Below, one piece after another: positions 29,153-30,395 of a DNA stretch of 30,395 bases. Each line of letters opens with the position of its first letter. Within the stretch, counting starts at the first letter, position 1. A model generated the notes under the pieces. The model made no database searches. It saw nothing but the letters and a program-made list of their open reading frames with translations, and was not told the DNA's origin. This DNA comes from a virus: the UHGV virus genome UHGV-1557986, one strand, 5' to 3'. The translations under genes and the position numbers were made by a program.

Positions 29153-29734
29153 ATGGCACCTATTCCTTATGGGGTTTACAGCCAGGCTGACGGTGTATCG
29201 CCATATCTGAAAGTTACTTTAACGAACTCTCAGTACCAGGTTACCGGATATATCAGCCAGGGAGCGGCAATGAACATGGCCCAGAATTGGGAAGCGCCGT
29301 TTACCGGTATGTCCATGGGATCTGTTGCTGGTGCCTTCAGTGGTTTTGCGCAGGTTGGTACTGAAACAACGTCGGTTGCCCGTTGGAACAGCTTAATGGT
29401 TTGGGAAGGGGGAACACCGCCGACTTTCACGCTGCCAGTAACTTTCATCGCTTTGTTTGACCCATTCACGGAGGTTTCAGGAGCTATCGCCGCATTGTCA
29501 GCGATGATTAGCCCGGAACTTAAAGATGCCAGTATTGGTGGTCGAATCCCGGAGCGTGTGACGCTAAACATTGGTCGCCGGATCAACATCATTGATGTCG
29601 CTATCCAGGACATAAGTTTCGATCTCGATGCGCCCAGGGACAGCAATGGACATTTCCTGAAAAACACCGTCAACCTCCAGTTGACCGGTTCTTCGATATA
29701 TAACAGCTCCGATATTGTTCGGGCGTTCCAGTAA
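29153..29734 (+). CDS. virion structural protein, tentatively tail tube (P1 gp21-like), 193 aa
   Basis: Size about 21 kDa and synteny only. Confidence 0.4.
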   Translation: MAPIPYGVYSQADGVSPYLKVTLTNSQYQVTGYISQGAAMNMAQNWEAPFTGMSMGSVAGAFSGFAQVGTETTSVARWNSLMVWEGGTPPTFTLPVTFIALFDPFTEVSGAIAALSAMISPELKDASIGGRIPERVTLNIGRRINIIDVAIQDISFDLDAPRDSNGHFLKNTVNLQLTGSSIYNSSDIVRAFQ

Positions 29735-29745
29735 AAGGATTTTAT

Positions 29746-30255
29746 ATGGGGCACAATAACACTAAGGGAAACCGTAAATTTATTAAGGGCCGCTATACTG
29801 CCAACGCGGCCAAAGGCGAACGACTGGTATCTTCTGAATTCCAGCTCACTTTTGCAGGCCATGAAGATATCAGCGTACTGGTTCGCACGTCGCAAATTCC
29901 TGAAATGACCCGCGAGGATGTGGAGGACTATGGTCCGAATGGTGTGAAGTTCAACCAGCACGGTCCAATTCGAAACTCTGGGGAAATCCAGGTCCAGTGC
30001 GTGGAGACTATCGAAGGCGATATTCTTCAGTTCATTAAAGATCGCATTGCGGCGAAGGACTATGTTGATATCACGATGGCTGCTACCCCTGAATCCAAAT
30101 CTTCCGGGGTTAACGCTGTGACAAAAGCTGCTACAACAATTGAAATGTTGGACTGCAAAATCTACAGTGATGCAATCGACTTTAGTACCGAAGATGTGAC
30201 TGCCGCTGTGCGCCCGTCACTTCGTATCGTCTACAACTGGATTGAGTGGGATTAA
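29746..30255 (+). CDS. hypothetical structural protein, 169 aa, with possible T4 gp19-type tube-like features
   Basis: RBS AAGGA; C-terminal ...RIVYNWIEWD loosely resembles the C-terminal end of T4 gp19-type tube proteins; weak. Confidence 0.4.
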   Translation: MGHNNTKGNRKFIKGRYTANAAKGERLVSSEFQLTFAGHEDISVLVRTSQIPEMTREDVEDYGPNGVKFNQHGPIRNSGEIQVQCVETIEGDILQFIKDRIAAKDYVDITMAATPESKSSGVNAVTKAATTIEMLDCKIYSDAIDFSTEDVTAAVRPSLRIVYNWIEWD

Positions 30256-30278
30256 GAGTCATCCCTTGTATTTTAAAG

Positions 30279-30395
30279 GGCACTGTTGCAAATAGTCGGT
30301 GGTGATAAACTTATCATCCCCTTTTGCTGATGGAGCTGCACATGAACCCATTCAAAGGCCGGCATTTTCAGCGTGACATCATTCTGTGGGCCGTA
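30279..30395 (+). mobile_element. IS26 (IS6 family), left end; element continues beyond window end
   Basis: 14-bp terminal inverted repeat GGCACTGTTGCAAA at 30279, followed 63 bp later by the transposase start. Confidence 0.85.
30342..30395 (+). CDS. tnp26: IS26 transposase Tnp26, first 18 codons (partial)
   Basis: MNPFKGRHFQRDIILWAV matches the Tnp26 N-terminus as remembered. Confidence 0.85.
   Translation, partial: MNPFKGRHFQRDIILWAV

Overview
This window reads as a segment of a P1-like temperate phage-plasmid, diverged from P1 itself and bounded by insertion sequences at both edges: the left end of an IS3-family element (1-106) and the left end of IS26 (30279 onward). All calls are from reading the sequence and ORF translations by eye; no database search, tRNA scan or folding was run, and P1 gene names are by recollection of P1 organisation. 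The plasmid maintenance core is confidently recognisable: oriR with DnaA boxes, a GATC cluster and five 19-bp iterons, repA, nine incA iterons, parA, parB and a parS-like site. Also confident are a DnaB-type helicase (ban), three intact tRNAs (Asn-GTT, Thr-TGT and a CAT-anticodon Ile2/Met tRNA), an RdgC homologue, a lambda-type Ser/Thr phosphatase, and four C1-repressor-type operators. The strongest finding is a 341-aa LAGLIDADG intein inserted exactly at the catalytic Pro-Cys motif of the C5-cytosine methyltransferase domain of a 1013-aa bifunctional C5/Dam methyltransferase. Other candidates for new biology are a family of five tRNA-like palindromic elements around the tRNA genes, a leftward accessory operon rich in glycosyltransferase-like proteins plus a VRR-NUC nuclease, a glycosyltransferase coupled to ban, and a PAAR-like protein next to a spanin-like pair. 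Structural-gene roles (head, sheath, tube, baseplate) are tentative.
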